From the NCBI RefSeq assembly GCF_009914755.1, contig NC_060940.1: DNA of 64,000 nt, one strand, 5' to 3'. Origin of the DNA: the human T2T-CHM13v2.0 reference genome, Homo sapiens. Both the position numbers and the translations under genes were made by a program. Positions 24,301-37,262 of this stretch are shown piece after piece; positions within the stretch are counted from its first letter, which is position 1, and every line of letters starts with the position of its first letter. The notes beneath the pieces were generated by a model. The model was not told where the DNA came from. It did no database searches and was given only the letters and a program-made list of their open reading frames with translations.

Positions 24301-24613
24301 AATGTTTGTAATTTCACATACTCAAAATATTAGACCTGACAAAGATCCAAAAGGCCAAGTCAATTTCTCACAGAATGCTTGAATTCTGTCTGCATGATGA
24401 TGACTTCCTCAAATGGGAAACTTTTTATTTTTTAAGTCAGTATCATCTTTTACAATGAAGACTTTTCTACAGCTACTTAACATTACTTTTCCACCTGTTT
24501 GATTAATGTTGCAAATTTTGAGCACCTTAGTATGATCTGTGAGTCTAGAAATGCTACCAATTTTTTTAAATATTGGAATAATTATTTACATAAAAATATT
24601 TTCTGGAAAATAA

Positions 24614-24938
<325 letters not shown>

Positions 24939-25588
24939 ATTGCATGTTATTTAAATAACAAACATTATGCTATATTACAATAGATTTATAATGATGTGTG
25001 AAATCCAGTGAAAATGTGTGTAGAGATCTGTGGAACTGGTTAGTGTAAGAGCTAAACTTCATACCTCAGGAAGCCGGAGCCCAAAGTCACTTGTTACTTT
25101 ACATTATGATTTCTAGTGAAACTAAATATCAATCTGAGTTCAATCAGACGAAACATTTTTCTTCTTCTATATCCTTTCTCTTCCTTGAATTGGGTGAGAA
25201 TAGTGAAAACTTCCAAGTCAAAGCTCGCTTTTCTCCTAATGAGAATGTCTATTTTATTCTCAGCAATTCAAAGGATCTCTGTCTCCTGCTGACTACCAAA
25301 TGGAATCACAATATGTTCCTCTCCACTCAAACTTTCCCTCACAGGACAGCATCCGTATGCTGGCAGGCCTCTGTCACGGGAATCTATTTGTTGACACTTT
25401 TATTACATTCCAAGAACTATGTCAGTTACTATGAAACACCTATTTGAAACAATTTCATCTGCTGACGAGTTTCACTCTGCATGACTCTGACATCTCAGGT
25501 CTCAGACCAGAAGTATTTTTGATTCAATTTTTTTAAAATTTAGGGTATTTAAATTTCAACTTTTTTTCTTTTAAATTCAAATATATGT

Positions 25589-25741
25589 GGCCAGGTGTGG
25601 TAGCTCATGCCTATAATACCAGCACTGTGAGAGGCTGAGGTGGGAGAATTGCTTGAGGCCAGCAATCAGAACCAGCCTGGGCAACCTATAGCAAGACCCT
25701 ATCTTCATTTAAATTAATAATAATAATAATAAACAAAACAA
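25589..25741 (+). mobile_element. FLAM / Alu left monomer
   Basis: Single monomer ggccaggtgtgg...gcaagaccctatct with (TAA)n tail; degenerate TSD tcaaatatatgt / tcaaagatacgt. Confidence 0.88.
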
Positions 25742-25815
25742 TTGTCAAAGATACGTGCCTTTGATTATTCTAGTCTCTATTTGCAACAATAGTCTTTCAC
25801 TAGAGCAAACAACTC

Positions 25816-26113
25816 TTTTTCTTTTTTTTCTTTTTTTTTAAGACAGGTTCTCCCTCTGTCACCCAGGCTGGAGTGCAGTGGCTCGACGTCACTGTAACCT
25901 CCACCTCGCGGGTTAAAGTGATTCTTCTGCCACAGCCTCCTGAGTAGCAGGGATTACAGGCACACCACCACGCAGGGCTAATTTTTTTTTGTTTTTAGTA
26001 GAGATGGGGTTCCAGCATATTGGTCAGGCTGGTCTCGAACTGCCAACCTCGTGATCCACCCTCCTCGGCCTCCCACGGTGCTGGGATTACAGGCATGAGC
26101 CACTGCACCTGGC
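25816..26113 (-). mobile_element. AluS
   Basis: Full dimer; TSD AGCAAACAAYTCTT at 25804-25817 and 26114-26127. Confidence 0.95.
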
Positions 26114-26281
26114 AGCAAACAATTCTTCTTTGACTTTGAAACCTTCCACTTGAAATTCACTGTAGTGAATTCTTATAATTTTAGATTGCTACGATATCCT
26201 CTTCACCACCCTCATCTTCTGGTTAAAGTTGCTCCCTTATCTGCTTAGCTTTGATAGCTGCATCCATCTCATCAACATCCA

Positions 26282-26741
26282 TTTTAAATATAAGTTCAAC
26301 TTTCTCAGACCAGAAGCAGGGGTCAGTCACCCTTCACACTGTGGCTATTTCTACACTTCCTCCCAGTTCCTCGGGGTGGTCAATCCAGATATCTGCCTAA
26401 TACAACCTCCTCCTGGTTGTCACTTCCCTATGAAACAACTAGATATAACCTACTTGAATGGTCCCTCTTGGCCCACATGGACTGTGTAGATAGACATCTG
26501 TGACCACCTGTCTGTTAAAGTGTGAACATCTAGAACTCATGCCTGCTTGCTTTAAACCATCAATTAAACCTTCCCGCAGGAAACCTGTTTAGATAATGCC
26601 CTCGAAACAAATACGTGTGTGGCCTCCAAACATGCTGTGTAACCCCCAAGACCCGCAAGTCATAAAATTATTATTTTCATCTTGTGTTTCTCTGAATCAT
26701 TGAAGAGGCATTCTCAATCTTAAAAATCCTCAATTAAAACA
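26282..26741 (+). mobile_element. ERV solo LTR (tentatively ERVL MER54/MER74/LTR53 group)
   Basis: ~460 bp, ends in ...attaaaaca, LTR-like composition and internal motifs; family uncertain. Confidence 0.5.
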
Positions 26742-26998
26742 CCCACTTCTGGGTCTCCATCCATCTGAGGTCTTTCAGAAGAAGGCTTATCTCGACTTAG
26801 AGTGGTGTTCAGTATCTTCTCATAAGTTTCCACATACAACTTAAACGTTTTATTCTGAGCATAAAATAATACCGTAATACTAACCACGTCTCCTTGAAAA
26901 ACAGAAGCACCTGATCCTTTAATGTAAGAAGACTGATACAAGCATAATCAATAAAATTGGAACCAATTGGAAGATTTTTCAGAGTTACTGTTGAATAA

Positions 26999-27352
<354 letters not shown>

Positions 27353-27867
27353 TCTGGGGGGCGTTTTTATGTGCATGTGTGTATGTGTGTTTTAATGATT
27401 TCCAAACCATGTGATCCTTTCTGAAAAGGAAAAACAAAAGTTTTTAGCACATGTAATACTTATTTATTCCCTTTAATCCTTTCAATAGCCAGCTTGAGTT
27501 AGAAGCAATAATAGTAACTGATAACGTGATTCAAGGGCAAATTTTTTAGATGTGAGAATAAGTGTTTTCATTTTGAACAATGAAAAATTGTAATATATCT
27601 GAAATATGTAGTAGTTACTTATTTGGAGGAATATTCTTGAAATACAGTGTATCCTTAAGTATGTTTTATTTTATTTTTCTAATCAAAGATTAAGTAAATA
27701 GCCATTATGGGATTTAATAACTACTATGCAAGTCTTACTCATCCTGCAATAACTCAGAACAACCTCAAAGAAACAAACATACAACTTCCGATAATGGATA
27801 TAGTGATCTTTCATTTCACCTTATTCTGTTTCTGAGCACACATAGTTATTTGCATATAACAGCTTCA

Positions 27868-28320
27868 TATTCATTAATTCATTCACCTCTATATTTGACT
27901 GCTTATTGCTTAGCAGATTCTGTTTTTATAGAGTTATACTTGCAAATAAATCAAAAATTTCTACTTGTTAATCAATATTCTAGTGAGGGAGACAGATAAT
28001 AACCAAATAAAGATTATTTCGGACGTTCTAAAGTGCTATAAAGAAAATAACAGAGGGAATCAATAGTAGGCAACAGAGGATGCCAGTTAGAAGGTGAAAT
28101 TTGTGTGGGGGCCTGAATTACAAGAAGAAGCCATCCGATGAAGAGGGCCGAGAGTATTTTAGGTAGAGACAAATGTACCTCCAAGCGTTGAGGTGAAAAA
28201 GAGCATAGTCCAAGTTCTTAGAATACAAGGGAAGCTAGTGTGGCTATAGCTTAACGAGCATGAAAGGTTAGGCTCAATTGAGCGTAAGGCAAAGGGTTAG
28301 GTCCTGTAGGGATATTATAT
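27868..28320 (-). mobile_element. L2
   Basis: cattaattcattca...ttctagtgagggagacagataataa...gctagtgtggctatagc. Confidence 0.8.
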
Positions 28321-29004
28321 GCTTATTTACTTCTGTCCAATTCACTCCAAGTTCTCTGGATTCTTATTACCTATCGTGTGGACCTCAAAATGCAATACCT
28401 TTATACATTGAATCGAGCCATCAATATTCACTTGGAATAAGTCTTAGCACTAAACTGCCTAATATTGTCAGGGGCATATCAAAATGCGTCATTTTTTATC
28501 ATGAGCATCTGTCAAGTGAAAATGTGCCAGGCACCATGCAGTTTTGAAAGCAGCATGAGGAAATAGACTGAGTCGAAAGTAAGAGCATCATTCTAATACT
28601 TTTCTTCTATTTAGTATCTTTGCTCCATTGGCCAAGGTATCTACCTCTTCTTTGCCCATGTGTCCTGATCTGTAGCATGTGGATATTCATGGTGAATCTG
28701 AGCAAATAGATCATTGTTTGAATATATGAAGAACCCTAAAAAATGACACATAGAGACCTGAGAAGGCAGTATGGAGTTAAAGAGATTGTTGAAAATGAAA
28801 AAGCCAACAAGGAAACAATATATAGGACAGAACTGGGAGAGCAGAAATAAGCTTAGAACATATATTCATACCCAAAGAACAATGAGAGTGGACATTTCTA
28901 TGCCTTTAATGTGATAAAGTCTAAGAATGGCTGGTGACTAGCTGTGGCTTTGTTTGCTTGTTTAGTTTTGTTTATGAATAAGAAGAGTTCATCTTATGTT
29001 GTAG

Positions 29005-29072
29005 ACTTGAATAGTGCCTGGTACATAATAAACACTCAATGAATAAATGTTAGACGAATGAACAAATGGATA
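29005..29072 (+). mobile_element. L2 3' end
   Basis: atagtgcctggtacataataaacactcaatgaat...gaatgaac. Confidence 0.7.
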
Positions 29073-29325
29073 TACTGATAGATGTGTATATCCTCATAGA
29101 TAGGTACCAAAAGCCTTAGTATTTGATGCAATCAAGTATTTCAGACCTCTCTGTGCTCAGGTATGCAGTAGAAACTAAGTGAGCAAGTTCCATCCTAAAA
29201 TTCCAGGACTTGGAGGCTCTTCTGCGTGTCTATTTAGCAGGGTCTTTGGTGAAATCTAAAAACTATTTAAATAACTAGTGTAATTAGTGCCTGAGAACAC
29301 CTCAGAAAATAGTTATTTTTGATAA

Positions 29326-29510
29326 CAGTTTTTGATAGTGGATCCCTAGGTCACCTGCTTCGAAACCATCTTGGCAATGCCTTCAAAAGCAATTCCTAGG
29401 GCTCCACTTGTATCAGACTGATAAGAATCTCTTAAACTTGAGCCTAAAAATCTGTATTTATAAAAGGTTACTTACTTGATGAATTTTCATTCAAAATTTT
29501 GATAACCCCT
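29326..29510. mobile_element. MER5A-like MITE
   Basis: cagtttttga...aattcctagggctccac...aaatctgtattta...ttgataacccctg. Confidence 0.6.
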
Positions 29511-29719
29511 GTTTCGGTGGCTTAAAATTTTTTTGTTTTCCATTTGAGTTGCATTTGTAGGGGATATAAAGTTAGTCAAGTTGTTGACTCCACTGGGAAG
29601 AAGAATTAGAAAAAATACGTAAAAAATATATACAAAATAATTATTTGGATTAAAATAAAATATGAGATGGGAAAAAAGCAGAGAAGCAATGCATGTTTAA
29701 AAATGTAGGCTAAGGATGA

Positions 29720-30210
29720 CAGTAAATCTAGTCAACCATGTGATGTGGCTACTTCAAACGCTAATTAATTTTCAGCTATAGTAATAGAAATTGCATACTC
29801 ATTAGAACTAGGATAATGACAACCCTGGATTTGTCAGATGACCACAGGAAGACTGTGTTCACTTTTAAAAGGACATTAAATAAAACAAAATGGTGCTGGT
29901 TTAAAAATAATGTCCTAAGAGAAATAACCAAAGAAATCAGAGATTTCATTTGGGAAAAAAAAATAAAACATAGACCAGTATGCAATTTACCTTTAAATTA
30001 CTGGAAAGCTGATGTTACAGAGACTAGATTCTCTCAGGGGGCTGAGAGGGAAAAGAAGAGTCTGTTGAAAGTGGCAGGGTGGTTATTTTGGCTCAATATA
30101 AAAATGTGTCTATTTCCTTGTACCATAATGTTAAGGGCTATACATAAGTTATAGAAATACTGTTTAAAATGTGGAAAGTTCTTATAATTGTTCACTCTAT
30201 AAGCATGTTC
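29720..30210 (+). mobile_element. L3/CR1 LINE fossil
   Basis: agtcaaccatgtgatgtggct...gctaat; cacttttaaaaggacatt; attttggctcaatataa are CR1/L3 hallmarks. Confidence 0.6.
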
Positions 30211-30721
30211 ATATTTGCATGCTCTTTTATAACCATTTCTTTAACAAGTATTTTAAAAATATTTGTAACATATCACTGAAAATCTAATTCAACATTTTAT
30301 TCTGAAATTGTTATGTGTATTTGTATTGTCCTTTTGTTGACTGCACAATAGCTCACTAATGCTGTATCAAAATAAGTCATTTCTTCCATTATTGATTATG
30401 TATGTTTAAAGAACTCTACACAACAGAGGATAAAACATGAAATGAGATACCTCAAGATAACAGAATCATAGTGCTCAAGGAATATTTTGAGGTCATTTCT
30501 ACAGACAAGCATGTAACGGTTCTTCAAAGTGTTCATGGAAAATGCATATTATAATAAAACTATGCATACATTTCAAAAATTTTTGCACCAAAATAAAGCT
30601 GTATAAACTTTTTATAACATGTCTGAACAGGGTCTAGTTTGAGGCACTAATAAGGATAAGATATTCGCTTGAAAAGAGCCTCTTTCACAGCAACATAAAT
30701 TTTACTAAAATTGGAGAACAG

Positions 30722-31037
30722 GGCCAGGCACGGTGGCTCACGCCTGTAATCCCGGCACTTTGGGAGGCTGAGGCGGGCAGATCACAAGGTCAGGAGATCA
30801 AGACCATCCTGGCTAACACGGTGAAACCCCATCTCTACTAAAAATACAAAAAAAAAAAAAAAATTAGCCAGTGTGGTGGTAGGCACCTGTAGTCCCAGCT
30901 ACTCAGGAGGCTGAGGCAGGAGAATGGCGTGAACCCAGGAGGCAGAGTTTGCAGTGAGCCGAGATCACACCACTGCACTCAAGCCTGGGCAACAGAGCGA
31001 GATTCCATCTCAAAAAAATAAAAATAAAATAAAATAA
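30722..31037 (+). mobile_element. AluY-like inserted in HSMAR2
   Basis: Full dimer with agaatggcgtgaaccc; TSD AAAATTGGAGAACA at 30707-30720 and 31038-31051. Confidence 0.96.
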
Positions 31038-31919
31038 AAAATTGGAGAACAAATGTTACATTTGTGGGGAAGCTTGGGTGGAAAATGGTGAAATTACTGA
31101 TGCTTCACAAAAGTTTATGGGGACAATTACCAAAAAAATCAGCAGTTTAAAATGGATAGCTCATTTTAAGAAGGATTAGATGACATTGAAGATGAAGCCT
31201 GCAGCAGCAGACCATCTACATCAATTTGGAAGACAATAATTCATCTTGTTCATGCCTTAATTGAAGAAGACTATTAACAGTACAAACAATGGCCAACATC
31301 ATAGACATCTCAATTGCTTCAGCTTACACAAGTCTAACTAAAAAATTGAGTTGAGCAACCTTTTCATTGGATGGGTACCAAAACTCTTGTGCCCAAATCA
31401 GCTACAGATAAGAGCAGAGCTTTCAATAGAAATTTCAAACAAGTGGGATCAATATCCTGAAGCATTTCCTGGAAGAATTAGAACAGGAGATAAACCATGG
31501 CTTTACTAGTACCATCCTGAAGTCAAAGCATGATCAAAGCAAAGAGTATCAAGAGATGGAAGTGGTTCAGTCAAAGCAAAAGTGGACTGGTCAACAGCAA
31601 AGGTCATGGCAATGGCTTTTGGGGAGGCTCAAGGCATTTTGCTTGATGACTTTCTGGAGGGCCAAATAATGATAACATCTGCTTATAATGGGAGTGTTTT
31701 GAGAAATGTAGCCAAAAATTTACCAGAAAAAAATTGCCCAGGAAATCTCCATCAGAGAGTCCTTCACTACCACAACAATGCTCCTGTTCATCCCTTTCAT
31801 CAAACAAGGGTGATTTTTTTTTACAGTTTTGATGAAAAATCATTAGGCATCCATCTTACAATTTCGATTTGGCTCTTTCTGACTACTTTTTGCTTCCTAA
31901 GCTTAAAAAGTCTTTAAAA

Positions 31920-33190
31920 GCATCTGTTATTTTTTGACTTTTTGATAATTGCCAGTCTGACTGCTGCAAGATGGTATCTCATTGTGGTTTTCATTTGCAT
32001 TTATCTAATGATTAGTGATGTTGAGCATTTTTTCATGTTTCTTGGCCACTAGTGTGTCTCTTTTAGGAAAGTGTCCATTCCTGCCTTTTGTCTATTATTA
32101 ATTAGATTATTTGTTTTTTGTTTGTTAATTTGTTTCCGTTTCTTATAGATTCTGGATATCAGACTTTTGTTGGATGCATAGTGTGCAAATATTTTCTCCC
32201 CTTTCTTTAGACTGTCTCTTTACTGTGTTGATTATTTATTTTGTTGTGCAGAAGCTTTTTAGTTTAATTAGGTCCTACTTGTCAATTTTTGTTTTGTTGC
32301 AATTGTTTTTGGGAACTTAAGAATAAATTATTTGCCAAAGCTGATGATGAGGAGGTTATTTCCTAGCTTTTCTTCTAGGATTCTTATACTTTGAGGTCTT
32401 ACATTTAAATTTTTGATTATTTTGGAGCTAATTTTTGTATATGGTGAAAAGTAGGGTCCAGTTTCAATATTCTACATCTGGCTAGCCAGTTATCCCAGCA
32501 CTATTTAAAAAATCAAAAAATAATGGATGATGGTAAGCCTGTGGAGAATAGGGAACACTTATACACTATTGGTAGGAGTGCAAATTAGTTCAGCTACTGT
32601 GGAAATGGGTTTGGAGTTTTCTCAGAAAACTTAAAATAGCACTACCATTCAACCCAGCAATCCCATTACTGGGTATATACCCAAAGGAGAATAAATCATT
32701 CTACAAAAAACATACATGAAGTTGTATGTTCATTACAATGCTATTCACAATAGCAAAGACATGGTATTGACCTAGGTGCCGATCAATTGTGGATTGAATA
32801 AAGAATGTGTGGTACATGTATTTCACGGAATACTATGCAGCTACAAAAAAGAATGAAGTCATGTGTTTTGCAGCAACATGGATGCAGTTGGAAGCCATTA
32901 TCCTAAGCAAACTAATGCAGGAACAGAAAACCAAATACCACATTCTCATTTATAAATAGGAAGTAAACATTGAGTTCACATGCACATAAGGATGGGAACA
33001 ATAGACCCTGGGGACTACTAGGAGGGGAGAGGGGAAAGGGGAATGGGGTGAAAAACTATTTATTGTGTACTATGCTCACTACCTTTGTGAAGGGACCAAC
33101 TGTACCAGAAATGTCAGCATCACACAATATGCCCATGTAACAAACCTAATATATAACCCCTGAATACAAAATAAAAGGTAAAATACTCTT
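31920..33190 (+). mobile_element. 5'-inverted L1 (L1PA16/17-PREC2 age) inserted in HSMAR2
   Basis: Antisense ORF2 segment (31920 to ~32505) followed by sense ORF2 end and 3'UTR to aaaataaaagg. Confidence 0.9.
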
Positions 33191-33478
33191 TTAAAATGTA
33201 AAGATGACCCATTTTTTTCAGTTAATAATTTACAAAATACTTCATTGGTATGGTTAAACTCTCAGAATTCTCAGTTCTTTAGGGTTAAACTAAATGGCTG
33301 ATGTTGTGGCTTACAACATGTTTTGTTGTGACCTAGATGGAGCTTATGTTGAGAAATAAAGTTTATACTTTTTGATTTTATCATTTATTTCCATTTTTTC
33401 ATGAACTCTTTGAAGTCTCCTCAAATTTTACGAAGAATAGGTTTACAGTAATAAGGAGCACTACCTTAGGAAACTTGA

Positions 33479-33832
33479 TGTATTAGCCTTTCTCACACTG
33501 CTAATAAAGACATAACTGAGACTGGGTAATTTATAAAGGAAAGAGGTTTAATTGACTCACAGTTCCACATGGCTGGGGAGGCCTCACAATCATGGCATAA
33601 GAGCAAGAAACATCTTACATTGCAACAGGCAAGGGAGAGCTTGTGCAGGGGAACTCCCCTTTATAAAACCATCAGATCTCATGAGACTTATTCACTATCA
33701 TAAGAATAGCATGGGAAAAAACCCACCCCCATGATTCAATTACCTCCCAACTAGTCCCTCCCACGACATGTGGGAATTGTGGGAGCTACATTTAAGATGA
33801 GATTTGGGTGGGGACACAGCCAAACCATATCA
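33479..33832 (-). mobile_element. THE1B solo LTR
   Basis: TG...CA termini; 5-bp TSD CTTGA/CTTGG. Confidence 0.96.
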
Positions 33833-35559
33833 CTTGGTAAGAGAAGAACCACTTCTGCTTGCTAGACCAGTGCTCTTTTTCCACCACCACCACATCAGAT
33901 GGAACCTGTTCTCTTGCTCTAGAAGGGTAGAAACCCGGTGATTACTTGCATAGTCATCATAGAGGGGAAATTACTAAAGGGAGGCCATTCAGCATAGCCA
34001 TTAAAACCCTTTTTGACATGGAGATTATATGGCTCTGCATATTAAGGGCTAGTCCTGAAGGAGGAAAGATCATTATTTCCTAGAGCAACTTCAGAATATT
34101 CCCTAGAAGAAAGAGGCATGAACTAAAACAGGAAGACGATAGAGGGCTCTAAGCTATTAATTGTGCTGAGTTATATACACTGCTACGGAATTCAAAACTG
34201 TGCATGTTTATGAATTTGGCATAAAGGCATTATAATTAGGAAAATTAATATCTAAATGTGTGATATGTATTAACTCATGGATGCCTTACAATAAAGTTGT
34301 AGCTACTTTCTGTGATTATTTTCATTTTATAGAGTTTTTTTTTTAACTCATATATGATCAGAATGGGCCATCAGGATACAACCTGAGCCTGATAAACGTG
34401 CTGTATATTTTCTAGTCTTCCATCCTTCTGTTCAACCATTTCAGGCAAACAAGTTTAATCTTAAAATTAAGCTTTCTGGAAAGACTTTGCAATGTAATCA
34501 AGGAATGTTTAAGGTATTTCCGTGGGGCAAAAACCAGGTGTCTTGGTAGGTGTGTCGTTATACATACCAGATAGATGTTTTTATATTCAACTGTCTTTTT
34601 TTTTAAAATCTTATTTTCATAACAGCTCCTAAAATTGAAGCTAATTAAATACAGTATTTCTACTTTATCTGCAGAAGACATCCACTGCCAGATTTGTTCA
34701 GCTATGTAAGGCTGTCTATAATTTCTCACTTAAGAAGGTAATTTATTCATGACACTAATTGATAATGAAGTGATTATTAAAGCTATGTGGTGTGTCATTT
34801 CTTTCCGTTTCTGTGTCATTGTACACTGAGTTGGAATCTGTCTTTTCTGAATCTCTGTGCCAGGATAATTATATGGCCATATGTAAATTACCACATCTCA
34901 TCTTTCTGCTTTTTGAATGAAAACCTGGAATGGAATTGCTATAAATCTATAACCATTTAATACACATCATAAAAGATTTTTTAGAATTTAATATGAAGTA
35001 TAAGGTGAAAATTAATTTGAAAGAGCAACTTTAGGACATGTTATCAGAAATTAACTTTAATGACAAGTTTGGAGGGTTCTAAACTTAAGTGAAAGCTGCA
35101 GGGTAATGCATTTATTCTCTTTACTAACTTCTTATTAATGTACCTGTGACTTGTCCTTTATTTTATGACAAGTTACTTGAAAGGTTGATTTGAGTGAGTC
35201 ATAGTCATAATTATTAAGCAGTATAAAAAGATAATAGATTTTGGAACTTCTTTTTTATTTTTTTTAACATCTTAAAATACTATCATGAACTCTTGCACTA
35301 TTGAATCTAAAATAGGATCTTTTAAGTGTATGACTTTAGGCATCAACCCAAACTCAAAAGTTAAAAAGTGAAACTCCATATTGATAAACTTAATTCATTT
35401 CTCATAATGTATGGATTTTTGCCCATATGTATAATGTAGAAATTTGGGCATATACATTCCATTCCTTGAGAATCAAAACATGATTTTGATTTTCAGGGAT
35501 GATTATCACCCACTGTGATGCTAAAACAAAAAATATGTATTTCAAGTAATAGCTAAATA

Positions 35560-36402
35560 CTGGCATTGCCTTTCTTTCCATTGTTCAGGCCAAAAATCTT
35601 ATTATGATTTCTCTCTTTTCTTTGCAAAGCCATCTAATCAGTCAGAAAATCATGTGGATTCATACTTCAAACCATGTACAGAAGAGAATATCTACCCATA
35701 ACCTTCAAGTCGGTATCCTCGTCTAATCCACTATAGCCTCCTATCTGAACTATTCAATAGCCTAATTGGTTTCTCTGGTTCTTCTCTTGCTATTCTACAA
35801 TGTACTGTCCATTCAGCAGTCAGGATGAATCCCTTAAATGTGAATCCAATGTTTCTTACCTGCTCAAAACACTCCAGTGTCTTCTCATCACACTCAGAAT
35901 AAAACTAAAATTCCCTACATGGCCGACTAGGTCAAGTATAATATATCCTCTAACTGTATCACTCTGACTGTATCACTTGAAACTCTCCTGCTCTCCTATT
36001 CAGCTCTAGCCATACTCATTGTATTTCTGCTTCTGGAAATACCTCATGTCTTTATCAGAGGCTTTGTACTCACTACTTCCTCTGCCTAGAATATTTCCCT
36101 CTTCAGATAGCTTTATATGCTCCGTCCATTCAATCATATAAACAGTGAAATGCCAGCTCCTCTAAAGGGCTCTTCCTCAGCAACCAATCTAAAATAGTCT
36201 CCTTAAATTGCTTACACTATTCTGTGTAGACCTTTCCCTCACTTCGTCTTCATAGCATTTACGGCTACATTAGAAATGTGTTAATGTTGTTCTCTCTCTC
36301 AAAAGTGTAAGCTCAATTAAGTAGCTTCCCCATAAATCCCAAGGGAATGCTTGCCCGTAGTGATGACAATTTAGTGAACAGTTGAATAAGTTAATGAATA
36401 AA
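35560..36402 (+). mobile_element. L2
   Basis: tgttcaggccaaaaatctt...cactcagaataaaactaaa...ttcctctgcctagaat...gttgaataagttaatgaat. Confidence 0.85.
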
Positions 36403-36528
36403 TTGATACCATGTACCAATGTATATAAGTAGTAAGATGGATCATTTATCCCAAACCCACTAGACTTCCACATAATTGTGACTTCATTTGAATTTTTTCT
36501 TAGGCTTAATTTATTAAAGATTCTTGTG

Positions 36529-36848
<320 letters not shown>

Positions 36849-37207
36849 TCACATACATGATTTAAAACTTCTTGAAAATACCCAACCCCTCCACCAACTA
36901 TAAATACAATTCCTCAAAGTGGAACTGGAATAATAAGAGTCTAGAGAACAGCTGTAATTGTAATTTGCTTATATAGCATAACAGAAATATTGAAAGAAAT
37001 ACTTTTAAGAGAAAATATTTAAAAACTGGAAAAATTTCATGTTTATGTGTGAAGAATCCCAATTCTCAGGGTGTGTTCTTAAAAACTGGTATTCCCTATC
37101 TCCTTAAGTTACCATAGTAACAAGTGACAATATAAACCAAAAATCAGAGGATAAAGAATGGGCTCTAAGAATGAACAAACAGTACTACACTTACTTTCAT
37201 ATATAAA

Positions 37208-37262
37208 ACATCATCGTCGTCATCATTATTGTCATTATAATCATCATGATCAATAATGATAT
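37208..37262. repeat. Degenerate (ATC/ATT)n trinucleotide tract
   Basis: Read directly from the sequence. Confidence 0.7.

Larger units (their letters stand above)
30695..33359 (+). pseudogene. Disrupted mariner (DD34D) transposase
   Basis: WVPKLL (~31373), TGDKPW (TGDETW-like, ~31485), KVMAMAFGEAQGILLDDFLEG...HNNAPVH (ORF 31582-31917); ATG appears mutated to ATA; stops, frameshifts and two insertions. Confidence 0.9.
30514..33423 (+). mobile_element. HSMAR2 mariner transposon, both ends present, with nested Alu and L1
   Basis: Terminal inverted repeats (tcttcaaagtgttcatggaaaatg ... cattttttcatgaactctttgaag) and transposase remnants. Confidence 0.93.

Noticed and set aside
25091-25447. 118-aa ORF in unique sequence
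   Set aside because: It has a non-ATG start, no recognisable domain, and a composition typical of random AT-rich frames.
31582-31917. Functional or domesticated mariner transposase
   Set aside because: It is only a fragment. A catalytic Asp is replaced (HNNA instead of HDNA), upstream stops and frameshifts are present, and there are two TE insertions.
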